NCBI GenBank assembly: GCA_946965045.2
Contig: OX337236.1
Location: 1,054,001-1,118,000 of the forward strand
Direction of reading: 5' to 3'
From: Epithemia pelagica
Taxonomy: Eukaryota; Protista; Bacillariophyta
DNA length: 64,000 nucleotides
Both the position numbers and the translations under genes were made by a program. The notes under the pieces were generated by a model that saw only the letters and a list, made by a program, of their open reading frames with translations, was not told the origin of the DNA and did not search any database. How positions within the stretch are numbered: position 1 is the first letter of the stretch; each line of letters begins with the position of its first letter. Of the stretch, positions 1 through 9,382 are shown piece after piece.

Positions 1-14
1 CAAACGACCCAGCG

Positions 15-993
15 ATGATCTTTGTCAACAAGATCCCACGGCCACCCAAACAACCACCCAAACACCACCATTCCATTGCCACAATCAAGTCTATTTGTTC
101 TTCCGTTGTACCCACGCCGTCAGCATCCCCATTTCGACATGAGACGTCCGAATCAGCTGCCGAATTCAATTCCAACTTAATCGCAAGCTTCGACCACAAC
201 CTCCAACGCCTTTTCAATGCATACCCTGGGACTACGATTAGTCCTGGCTCCGAATTTTGTCCATTGAGCTCTATTGCCCCACTGTTACGTCACCATCCGT
301 TCTGGGATACGATTCAAGATACTCTCCGCAACGGTACACATTACGAATTCAAAGAACTCCCACCTGATGAAGACAGACAACGAGAGAATGACGCTATCCT
401 CGCATATGGGAACCACGCGTCTGCCCGATTACGACCCGATGCTTTAGTGAAAGTGTGCAAAAAGGATACTCGGTTTGGATATGCCTTCCCTATCACTTTC
501 GACTGCGCGCGGTTGTTGGATCAAGGCCGTGCAGGCCCTTTGGGAGTCGCACAGCATCCTGGTATCGATGAACACGGGAACATCATCGTCAAAGACCGTC
601 TTGCCCACGATCAATCCTTCTCGCTCGGCTTCGCTCCGTCTTTGAATGACCTCGTTGACGAATCAAGCTTGATTGATTTGGTGTTTGGTTGGTGCATCGA
701 TCGCATCATTCACCAGATCGTTGCGTTGCGCATTAAATACCCCGACAAGCGTATTTTGGTTTGCAAGTTCGACTGCGGGTCGGCCTATCGTCGTATCAAT
801 GTTGACGGTATCCTCACGTCCAACACCATCACAACGGACGCAAGTGGTGAATTCGCAAACCTGCTGACGAGGCTCTCCTTTGGGGGGCGCCCCCACCCAG
901 CGATGTTCAGTGCCTTCTCAGAGGCTGCTAGCGATTTATGTAATGACATCGCCGACCTCGATGAATGGAACCCCGAAATTTGTCGTTCTCCGT
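15..993 (+). pseudogene. N-terminal half of YR-retroelement reverse transcriptase (disrupted by Copia insertion)
   Basis: ORF 15..1037 contains RT motifs up to EICRSP. Its last residues (LQFFLNRRDIDAR) are read-through into the LTR starting at 994. The frame is open to the window edge, so the true start may be upstream. Confidence 0.9.
989..993 (+). repeat. 5-bp target site duplication TCCGT (partner at 9378..9382)
   Basis: TCCGT immediately precedes TGTTACA at 994 and immediately follows CTAACA at 9377. Confidence 0.97.
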
Positions 994-1776
994 TGTTACA
1001 ATTCTTTCTGAATCGTAGGGACATTGATGCTCGGTAGAGCAGACAATCAGGTAGGTCACCAACCGATACAAGCTTCTCAGGGTCAGAGAAGCAAGCAAGT
1101 CGAAGTCTATCAGAAGGATAGTCGGGACACAAAAGAGGATGTGATAAATGGTGATATTGTTAGATTGTGTGTTGATTACTACGATAGGTCTACGTGAAAT
1201 GTTCGGTCCTGCCAAGGGTCATGTGTCATAGGTTCTTGGCGGCAACAGGTTTGGAATAGTTGGAGTCGATTCATGTGATGTATATGACATGTATATGTGG
1301 GCGGATAACATATACAGGGTCAACAGCTCTTGCTTTGGGTTGGCATAGTTGTTTTCATGGCGCGCAGCTTGTTGACAATTTGGAGATTGTGGGAATGGAA
1401 ATATGGTCTCGCGTGATCGTGTATCGTGCTTGGGATACTTAGACCGTTGGATCGGATAGATGCCGATAGCGCTCGGATGTCGCTTGGGCGCGCTCGATGA
1501 TTTTGGGCGCGTACGCTTAGGGCGTTAGTATAATGTCCGAGCAACGGCCAAATTTATGTCCGTTGTAATACCGCACGACCCAGTTTAGTCTTGAGAGTGA
1601 GTTTGTCAATCTATTCTCACTTTTCATGATTTGCGAAGAAATATAGGTCGATATAGCGCGAAGCTAGGGAACATAGCTCGAAGCTAGATGGCATGATGCG
1701 ATAGCACGAGGCTATGTGACATGGGGAATCGATGAGATGTAGAATCTAACCACCATAGGCGGTGAGAATTCTAACA
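994..1776 (-). repeat. 3' LTR of Copia element (783 bp)
   Basis: Direct repeat of 8595..9377; only two differences seen (T1504/C9105, T1604/C9205). Confidence 0.97.
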
Positions 1777-4700
1777 CTCCCCACAACTCGTCGTTTCAGC
1801 CTTGTCATCATTGGATTTGTTGAGGTCTTGAACTTCTCCTTTCCAAAACAACAATGGCTTGAGCATGGGCCAAATAGATACGAAATCCCAATGTTTGCTA
1901 AGGATATCGGCAGGGTTGGTCTTTCCATCTTTCCAGTAGAATGCAACATACTTTGCTGCGATGGCTTCACGAACTCGGTGGTATGACAGAAGATGGTGTC
2001 TCTTGGATAGTATGGAATGAGGAACGGTTGCATTGAGCACAACAGATCTGTTATCTCCGTACATGTAACTTCGCTCTCGGATAGGTACTCCAAGGTAGCG
2101 GAGAGAATGTCGTAATTCTGTAATCTGATCTATTGCTGTCCTTGCAGCCACAAACTCGGATCCATAGGTAGCAGTTTCCACCGTGCTCTGTCTCTTGCTG
2201 TACCAGTCAATAGGTGTTCCGTTCAACAAATGTAGAACAGCAGTGACGGATTTACCAGTGACTATGTCATGCATGAGATTGGCATCAACATAATGAGTTG
2301 TGGTAACATAGCGGCCAAGAGGTGTTGGGCAGTCTTCAGGAATACGTTCACTTGCATTCGAATAGACAGTGCGAGTCCAATCAAATTCTTGGGTAGGAAG
2401 ACTTGAATAATCAGGCTCTCCAATCCTAAATCTGATTGCGCCTTCTGGGAGATGTGCAAGGTATCCATAGATACGCTTGGCTCTATCAAGATGTCCTTTC
2501 CTCGGAGCAGCACGAAAGCGTGATAGCGTCATTGTAGCGGTGAAGACGTCGAAACGACCAATAGTGATCACCCATTGGAGTTGTCCAATCAGAGTTTGGA
2601 AATGGTTAGTACCTTCTTCATCAAGGAGCTCAGAATCATCCAATTCAGGATGGTCTCCACCAATAAGAGGTGTTTTGGCTTTCTTGGGTTTCTCCTTGAA
2701 GATTCGTTCGAAAGTGTCCATCATCTTACCAATGTAGCGTCTTGGATCTGCTACTAATGTTCCATCAGAATCCTTGGTGTAACAACATCCCAAGTGAAAA
2801 TCAATAGGTCCATCTCCTTTGAGTTTGAAGTTGTATTTCTCCTTCAGGATCTTGCAGATATTCCCAGGATCAGTAGAAATAATGGCTAAGTCATCAACGT
2901 ATACGGCAATGTATTCGTAACAGTCTTCTCCAGGTGCCTTCCTCATCCAGATATCCGGATCTGCTTTGCTTGGTGAAAATCCCATGTCTGTCAAAACATC
3001 GAATAAGACATCATGCCAGCGTGCGCCTGATGACTTCAATCCATAAAGTGCCTTGTATATAATCAGGATGTGACCTTCTAATTCCTTGAATTCAGGTCCT
3101 GCGACAATGAAAATTTTCTCCCCTGTCAAGGCTTCCAGATATTGGTTTCCAATATCTGCTCCCCATATTTCCAAGTCATTCAAAGTACCCAGGAATAAGG
3201 CAATGCGGAGGTTGCGAATGGAAACAACACCTGAATAGATTGTCTCAACAGGTTCTTTTGTGAGATGTCCATCTGCGACAAGTCTTGCTTTATGTCGTCC
3301 ATCATGTTTTACGTCAAAGACAAGATGTACACGTATCTTATGATATCCTTCAGGTGCATTGGATACTTTCCCTTTAATGAAGATGGCTTTCCCAAAATCC
3401 TTGAATGTCTTGTAGGACTGGATCTGTGACAATTCTAATTCTGTTGCATCTTGCCACTTTGTGTTGCCATGTTGTTTATCAAGAGCGACAGCTTCCTCAT
3501 AATTGCGTGGTACTTGGAATCCAAACTTATACTTGACGGAATGGTGAACTTGTTTAATCCTTGACTGTTTGGCTGCTCGAATGAGACGTTTGCTTGTTTT
3601 GACATAACGTTTCAAATGCTTCCATCCAGGTTCGTTGAGTAAATCATGTTTCTTTCCATAAATTGCTACAGTGATCGGATCATCATTGGCGATGAGTGAT
3701 AAAGGTTCATAGGTAGTCTCCCCAGTTTCCCAATCAACAAGCAAATTATATTTGCTCCCCTTGTAATCTGGATCAGTTGTGTTCAGTGGGCCTTGATGGG
3801 CAATGACGTCCCTGAACCTGAAAAGATTATCTCCAGAGGTTTGAGCTTGGTTATCTCGTTCGATATACTCCATGAGTTGATTATAGGATATCATCTCATC
3901 AACATCAGAATTTGTCTTTCGGTAGATGTACTTGACACGTTCTTCCTGTTTCGTTGCTTCTTCATTAAGATCAATGACTCGTTTGATGACACGTGCACGG
4001 TGTCGCTCCCCATTTTCTTCTGTGTCGCATAGGAATGTGCGTCCTATCATGTCGTCAAAATCGATCGTGGGCATTGGTTTGGATGGATCTTCACTATCAC
4101 TGCAAATGAAGACAGTGTCAGCTTGCTTATCATTGTCATCCTTCTCAGACGAATCCTCCCCTGAAGGTCGATCCACACGTAGGTTAGGTGTAGTGGATTC
4201 AACACGGCGAACGGCAGAACGGTAGATTATCTGGTTATCCTGGGTGAGAATCTTCCAAGTAAAAGAATCACCAACGTTGTGAGCAAAACCAACCCAGTGG
4301 CCAAGTTTCTCATCAGAAGAAGATGGATATGAACCGGAATTGGGTTCAGCGGGGTCGACACGGTAGTAAACCTCATCCCAGAAAGGAAAGAACAAGAGAT
4401 GAGTAATGTCGGGTGGGCGTCCGGAGAGAGCCTCAAGAGGAGTGCGACCGGAGTGGGTGGGTGATGACGTATGGTTCAATAAGTCACAGACATACTCAAG
4501 GCAAAGAAGCCAGGTGTTGGCAGGGCAACCAGTGGCATTCATGAGAGCGTTGGTCATACGTTTAACGGTCTGGTAACGGTTTTCAGCCTTATTCTGGTGT
4601 TGATGATAAGGTTCGGATCGATACTCCCCAATAAGCAAAGTGCGAAGAATGTCTTTAACCTTTTGAGAGATGAGAGATGAACCACCATCACTGATAAGAG

Positions 4701-7458
4701 TCTCCATGGCACCACGAAACCGGATGTTGTCCTGAAGAGTATTGACAAACTGTTTGGTTGACTTGATCCCATAGATATCAGTAACCAGAGTATCTCGACC
4801 AACAAAGATTTGTGCGATTTTACCGCCATGGTCAACAGCAGGGGTGTCGGAGAAAACCGAGTCAGTAGCAACGGGTTCATGGCGTCGAGGTATATTAAGG
4901 ACCGGATTGCGAGCCTTGAAATGTTTCTTGAGGGTGTCGTGGTCAAAAGTAATGCTACCATTACGTGTAGTGTGCTTGAACGTATCGGCAATAACATCTT
5001 CAGATTGCCAACCAAAGAATGGACGGAACGTCTTCCAGTCATACGCTTCCTGGTAACGACGGTGGACAGAGGCATGAAGTGTAGGATCATTACCTTCTGC
5101 GTCAGCATAGATAGAAAAGAAGGGTGCGTTGTCAGGTCCATGATCGTATGGGAGATCCAAAAGGAGATTGAGGTTACAAACAACACGATCAGTGTACTCC
5201 CCATAGTTGTCATATGGATGGTTCGACATACTACCATCAGTTTTGACGTGTTTCCAATCAGGATCATTGTCAGAGGGTGTGGGAGAATACAAATGGTCCA
5301 GAACACCAGGATCCCATGTGTCGGGTGACGTGAAGATGATCTGAGGTAAGGTATCCATGTCATCGTCGCTGGGGATACCCAAGGAGTGGATGTAGGCTAA
5401 CCTATCCTTGATGTGAAGGGGTATGGCACGACCATCAAGTGTAGTGATGCGTTGTTTACCATCAACTTTAACAGATCGTTCATCAACAGCAAGTCCGAAA
5501 TGCTCGAATTGACCAGGAGCATGGATAGATAAGCCCTTCCCATAATAAGCATATTCATTGAAGATGCCGACAATAGGTCCATCATTGGTCTCAAACTTTG
5601 CGGCACATGTGACGACAGGAAGTCCAGTAAGTTCATGGTTATCAATACCCACAATAGTGATATGGCGGCCAGTCTTAGAAAGGATGCGCATGTCAGAACC
5701 AGCAAGTCCTCCATTAGCACCACGGTCAATCAATTGATTCCCTGGTAAAGTAGATTTCCTGGAAAACAGATAGCGTGGAACATGTCCTGCTTGTTTATGC
5801 ATGTTGGCTTTGAAAGTAACCTTCTTGCTCGTCTTGGACTTGGCGTTAGAAAGAACACTAGTCAGGTCAGTTGCCGGGTGATTGATATCAGTCGTCATGG
5901 CTTGGTTGATAAATTGTGTAACCGGATCTGAATCATCTGAATGCTCAGGGACTACGCCAGGTGAGTCGTCATCAGATGCAACTTGGTTGGGGTCAGTATC
6001 AGGTTCCGGATCAATGTCGAGGGCATGTGTTTGCACTGTCCTCGGTGTTGTTGATGAAGGTGCTTGAATCATCTTGTTATACTCAATGATCAACTTGCGA
6101 TCTTCTTCAGAAAGTTTGAACCATAGGTCACGCGGTAGACTAACCTTGGACGAAGAGGATGGAGATTCAGATGTCGCTTTGGTGTTGTGGACATGATACT
6201 CCATATCATCTTGTGAGGTTATGTCAGCATCTGTATCTTGGCCATATAGTGATTCATGTTGTTTGACATGTCGACGGCGACTATGAACAGATGACTGGGT
6301 TGCTTGATCATGGTCATAAGCTGCGTCTAGAAGGAGACGGAAGTATGATTGATAGCAAAGGGATTTTGCACCGGATTTGGTGTTCACCACATTATCCAAG
6401 ATCTTGACTCGGCGGAGATCAGGTACCTTTTCTACAGCTTGCATGAGGAAGGTCATCCTGGTATGATCAGGGATGCGATCAGACAATGTCACTAGATTGT
6501 CTAGCAAACGTAACTGCTCTTGAAAGTGTAGAAGAAATTGACGTGTTGTTCCGCGCCATGTGTCGTCAAGACGTAGATTGGAAATGTAGTTGGTTAAACG
6601 GAGGACCTCTCGCTTTGCTAGGTCGGATTCGGTATGCAAAGAATGTAACTTCTGCAATACGGCACGTGCATCTTCATCATGTTCATGTTCACGTACATAG
6701 GCTCGACCTTGGTCAGTCTGAATGATACGGACAAGAACAGAGTAAAGAAATACTTGTTGCTCTTGGAAAAGTTCTTCGGCATACTCATCATCATGGGGTG
6801 GTGTGTATTTGAAATTCAGAACGTTGGATAGGCCTTGAGCCTTAGCTGTAGTCTTGAATACACGCCAGAATGAATCGTAGTATCGTTCATCCTTGAATAC
6901 CTCATATGCAGTTGCGTCGCGCTTAGTTCCCTTTCTGAATGCTGTAAGGTCTTGTTGAGATTGGGATGCGGCAGTAACTGTGCTGACAGATTTCACAGAT
7001 GACGGTGACTTCATTGGCGAGACTGGGACTTGACTAGGTGGTCCCTTAGAGAAATCTGTGTTGATCCTCCAAGTGTTGAACTCTTTCCTCGTTAGGTTCA
7101 TCCAGTCGCTATTGGATAGCTCGTCTTGAATTTCATTGGTCTTGTATATGGCCCAATAAGCCAAGAGCTTGATCTGCTGTCTTGTGGGGCCTTGTAGATC
7201 ATGTGTCTGTTTGTTGACCTTGTACTGTGTCAGTTCCTTCATGGATTCCTCGGTATTAGTTTGCATATACGAGATAACATGGGTAATGTTCTCAAAACCA
7301 TGGTATTTCATCCACTTCATTAAGTAGTCAGCCCTTTCTTTGGTAAAGAATTGGCAGACAGTAAATATGATGTGGTCGAATAGGTCTGTGTCCGAGACAT
7401 TGTCTTGGTTATCTTCTCCCTTAGGAGTCGTAGGTGTCTTGGGTGATTGAGGATCCAT
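1771..7458 (-). CDS. Copia Gag-Pol polyprotein (1895 aa), apparently intact
   Basis: Protease LIDRGANGG; integrase VATDSVF..SDGG..SEPYHQHQNKAEN; RT FDVKHDGRHKARLVADG and YIAVYVDD; RNase H YVDANL, GSEF, GDNRSV, NPADILSK. The stop codon lies in the first bases of the 3' LTR. Confidence 0.96.
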   Translation of the reverse strand: MDPQSPKTPTTPKGEDNQDNVSDTDLFDHIIFTVCQFFTKERADYLMKWMKYHGFENITHVISYMQTNTEESMKELTQYKVNKQTHDLQGPTRQQIKLLAYWAIYKTNEIQDELSNSDWMNLTRKEFNTWRINTDFSKGPPSQVPVSPMKSPSSVKSVSTVTAASQSQQDLTAFRKGTKRDATAYEVFKDERYYDSFWRVFKTTAKAQGLSNVLNFKYTPPHDDEYAEELFQEQQVFLYSVLVRIIQTDQGRAYVREHEHDEDARAVLQKLHSLHTESDLAKREVLRLTNYISNLRLDDTWRGTTRQFLLHFQEQLRLLDNLVTLSDRIPDHTRMTFLMQAVEKVPDLRRVKILDNVVNTKSGAKSLCYQSYFRLLLDAAYDHDQATQSSVHSRRRHVKQHESLYGQDTDADITSQDDMEYHVHNTKATSESPSSSSKVSLPRDLWFKLSEEDRKLIIEYNKMIQAPSSTTPRTVQTHALDIDPEPDTDPNQVASDDDSPGVVPEHSDDSDPVTQFINQAMTTDINHPATDLTSVLSNAKSKTSKKVTFKANMHKQAGHVPRYLFSRKSTLPGNQLIDRGANGGLAGSDMRILSKTGRHITIVGIDNHELTGLPVVTCAAKFETNDGPIVGIFNEYAYYGKGLSIHAPGQFEHFGLAVDERSVKVDGKQRITTLDGRAIPLHIKDRLAYIHSLGIPSDDDMDTLPQIIFTSPDTWDPGVLDHLYSPTPSDNDPDWKHVKTDGSMSNHPYDNYGEYTDRVVCNLNLLLDLPYDHGPDNAPFFSIYADAEGNDPTLHASVHRRYQEAYDWKTFRPFFGWQSEDVIADTFKHTTRNGSITFDHDTLKKHFKARNPVLNIPRRHEPVATDSVFSDTPAVDHGGKIAQIFVGRDTLVTDIYGIKSTKQFVNTLQDNIRFRGAMETLISDGGSSLISQKVKDILRTLLIGEYRSEPYHQHQNKAENRYQTVKRMTNALMNATGCPANTWLLCLEYVCDLLNHTSSPTHSGRTPLEALSGRPPDITHLLFFPFWDEVYYRVDPAEPNSGSYPSSSDEKLGHWVGFAHNVGDSFTWKILTQDNQIIYRSAVRRVESTTPNLRVDRPSGEDSSEKDDNDKQADTVFICSDSEDPSKPMPTIDFDDMIGRTFLCDTEENGERHRARVIKRVIDLNEEATKQEERVKYIYRKTNSDVDEMISYNQLMEYIERDNQAQTSGDNLFRFRDVIAHQGPLNTTDPDYKGSKYNLLVDWETGETTYEPLSLIANDDPITVAIYGKKHDLLNEPGWKHLKRYVKTSKRLIRAAKQSRIKQVHHSVKYKFGFQVPRNYEEAVALDKQHGNTKWQDATELELSQIQSYKTFKDFGKAIFIKGKVSNAPEGYHKIRVHLVFDVKHDGRHKARLVADGHLTKEPVETIYSGVVSIRNLRIALFLGTLNDLEIWGADIGNQYLEALTGEKIFIVAGPEFKELEGHILIIYKALYGLKSSGARWHDVLFDVLTDMGFSPSKADPDIWMRKAPGEDCYEYIAVYVDDLAIISTDPGNICKILKEKYNFKLKGDGPIDFHLGCCYTKDSDGTLVADPRRYIGKMMDTFERIFKEKPKKAKTPLIGGDHPELDDSELLDEEGTNHFQTLIGQLQWVITIGRFDVFTATMTLSRFRAAPRKGHLDRAKRIYGYLAHLPEGAIRFRIGEPDYSSLPTQEFDWTRTVYSNASERIPEDCPTPLGRYVTTTHYVDANLMHDIVTGKSVTAVLHLLNGTPIDWYSKRQSTVETATYGSEFVAARTAIDQITELRHSLRYLGVPIRERSYMYGDNRSVVLNATVPHSILSKRHHLLSYHRVREAIAAKYVAFYWKDGKTNPADILSKHWDFVSIWPMLKPLLFWKGEVQDLNKSNDDKAETTSCGEC
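1777..1782 (-). other. Short polypurine tract GGGGAG abutting the 3' LTR
   Basis: The minus strand reads TGTGGGGAG then TGTTAG (LTR start). This is the position expected for the PPT. Confidence 0.65.
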
Positions 7459-7778
7459 GGTGTTATTTGGTTGGTTCGATGTTTATTTAATGTGCGGTGT
7501 GATGTGGTTTATTTAATGTAAGATGTGATGTGAACCCGGATGTACCACGTGTGCCACGTATGTACCACGTATGTAATACCCGGATGTGTGTTGTGATGTG
7601 CGACTCCTGGAAATTTCCGTTGATTCCGACAAATTTTCGCCGAGTTTCAACAAATTTTCGCCGAATTTTCGCGATTTGACGGGAATGTGTGGCGTGTTGT
7701 GCGACCAAGGGTACCCGGATGTGCGTTGAGTTTAAGTCTTGGAAAGGTTTTGAGAGGACGGGAGTTAACTATGAGTAA

Positions 7779-8558
7779 TTAAGCTTCGGTCTCCGAATCC
7801 TCACCCTCTTCCGAATGATCAGAGTCGCTTCCAGGCTCAGATGGGGCAGCACAAGCAACAGAAGAAGGGGTATCACCTTCAGCCAGGTGGTTCTCGACCT
7901 CGGTACGCAAAGGGTAGATAGTTGCACGATGGTCCTCGATGGTATGGACCTCGTGGATGTAGGCAACGTAGTTATCTAGGCGTACAACGTTAGGAGGCAG
8001 AGGGCAAGTCGTCGCGTTCACGACGTGGATGGTATTGTAGTATCCAGTTGGGCGCTCGAAGGTTAGGAAGCGGAGGTGGACAGTACGGATGGGGTTGCCC
8101 GAGAGGGCGGCAAAGATGAGGCGACGCCTCGGAGAACGATGAAGTTGGTCGTTCAGACGGTCAATGTCTTCTTGGTCGACGATGTGGGTCACCGATTGGA
8201 ACTGGCGTTCGATCTGGGTCTCCCCACGGATGATCTCGGGATCGAAGGTCGAACAAGTTGGTTGGCGGAAGTACTTGATATGATCAGCAATCAACCGGGT
8301 GGTACGACGGGATCGAGAAGGGACGAGCCGACGAGGCGGACTCGGGGGCCGAAGCAACGGCGCAGGGATCGGAGCGTGAGGCTGGGTTGGAGTCTCGAAT
8401 GGGTTGCTGTTGGAACTGTCGACGGAGATGTTGACCGATGTGTTGGCTGCCTTCGGCGTCGGCACCAGCTCCTGCTGCACCAGGGTATCGGGCTGCCCGG
8501 GATGCAGTTTGGCTCGATAGATCTGTCGTACAGGAGTGATAAGTTCGTTAGTATCCAT
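7779..8558 (-). CDS. Additional 259-aa ORF of unknown function inside the Copia element, sense to and upstream of gag-pol
   Basis: The ATG lies 37 nt after the 5' LTR end. The frame is uninterrupted, with a Pro-rich N-half, a mixed globular-looking middle and an acidic tail. No family recognised. Confidence 0.7.
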   Translation of the reverse strand: MDTNELITPVRQIYRAKLHPGQPDTLVQQELVPTPKAANTSVNISVDSSNSNPFETPTQPHAPIPAPLLRPPSPPRRLVPSRSRRTTRLIADHIKYFRQPTCSTFDPEIIRGETQIERQFQSVTHIVDQEDIDRLNDQLHRSPRRRLIFAALSGNPIRTVHLRFLTFERPTGYYNTIHVVNATTCPLPPNVVRLDNYVAYIHEVHTIEDHRATIYPLRTEVENHLAEGDTPSSVACAAPSEPGSDSDHSEEGEDSETEA

Positions 8559-8576
8559 GAAACCACAAGGAAATAA

Positions 8577-8594
8577 GCTTTGAGACTGTTAATC
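8577..8594 (-). other. Candidate primer-binding site, complementary to a tRNA-Asn(GTT) anticodon arm rather than to a tRNA CCA end
   Basis: The minus strand directly after the 5' LTR reads GATTAACAGTCTCAAAGC, with no TGG. Its complement contains GA-CT-GTT-AA-TC, a canonical anticodon stem/loop pattern. Confidence 0.6.
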
Positions 8595-9377
8595 TGTTAC
8601 AATTCTTTCTGAATCGTAGGGACATTGATGCTCGGTAGAGCAGACAATCAGGTAGGTCACCAACCGATACAAGCTTCTCAGGGTCAGAGAAGCAAGCAAG
8701 TCGAAGTCTATCAGAAGGATAGTCGGGACACAAAAGAGGATGTGATAAATGGTGATATTGTTAGATTGTGTGTTGATTACTACGATAGGTCTACGTGAAA
8801 TGTTCGGTCCTGCCAAGGGTCATGTGTCATAGGTTCTTGGCGGCAACAGGTTTGGAATAGTTGGAGTCGATTCATGTGATGTATATGACATGTATATGTG
8901 GGCGGATAACATATACAGGGTCAACAGCTCTTGCTTTGGGTTGGCATAGTTGTTTTCATGGCGCGCAGCTTGTTGACAATTTGGAGATTGTGGGAATGGA
9001 AATATGGTCTCGCGTGATCGTGTATCGTGCTTGGGATACTTAGACCGTTGGATCGGATAGATGCCGATAGCGCTCGGATGTCGCTTGGGCGCGCTCGATG
9101 ATTTCGGGCGCGTACGCTTAGGGCGTTAGTATAATGTCCGAGCAACGGCCAAATTTATGTCCGTTGTAATACCGCACGACCCAGTTTAGTCTTGAGAGTG
9201 AGTTCGTCAATCTATTCTCACTTTTCATGATTTGCGAAGAAATATAGGTCGATATAGCGCGAAGCTAGGGAACATAGCTCGAAGCTAGATGGCATGATGC
9301 GATAGCACGAGGCTATGTGACATGGGGAATCGATGAGATGTAGAATCTAACCACCATAGGCGGTGAGAATTCTAACA
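8595..9377 (-). repeat. 5' LTR of Copia element (783 bp)
   Basis: Direct repeat of 994..1776, with TGTTAG...TGTAACA ends on the minus strand. Confidence 0.97.
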
Positions 9378-9382
9378 TCCGT

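Larger units (their letters stand above)
994..9377 (-). mobile_element. Complete Ty1/Copia LTR retrotransposon (CoDi-like)
   Basis: Two 783 bp LTRs with TG...CA ends, a 5-bp TSD, and one 1895-aa ORF with Gag-PR-IN-RT-RH order (integrase before RT defines Copia). Confidence 0.97.

Noticed and set aside
785-1544. Small ORFs duplicated at about 1-1.5 kb and 8.5-9.1 kb
   Set aside because: They are incidental frames inside the two LTR copies, with no protein-like features.
8584-8594. tRNA-Asn-like anticodon loop as a tRNA gene
   Set aside because: No acceptor stem, D arm or T-loop around it; interpreted as a primer-binding site.
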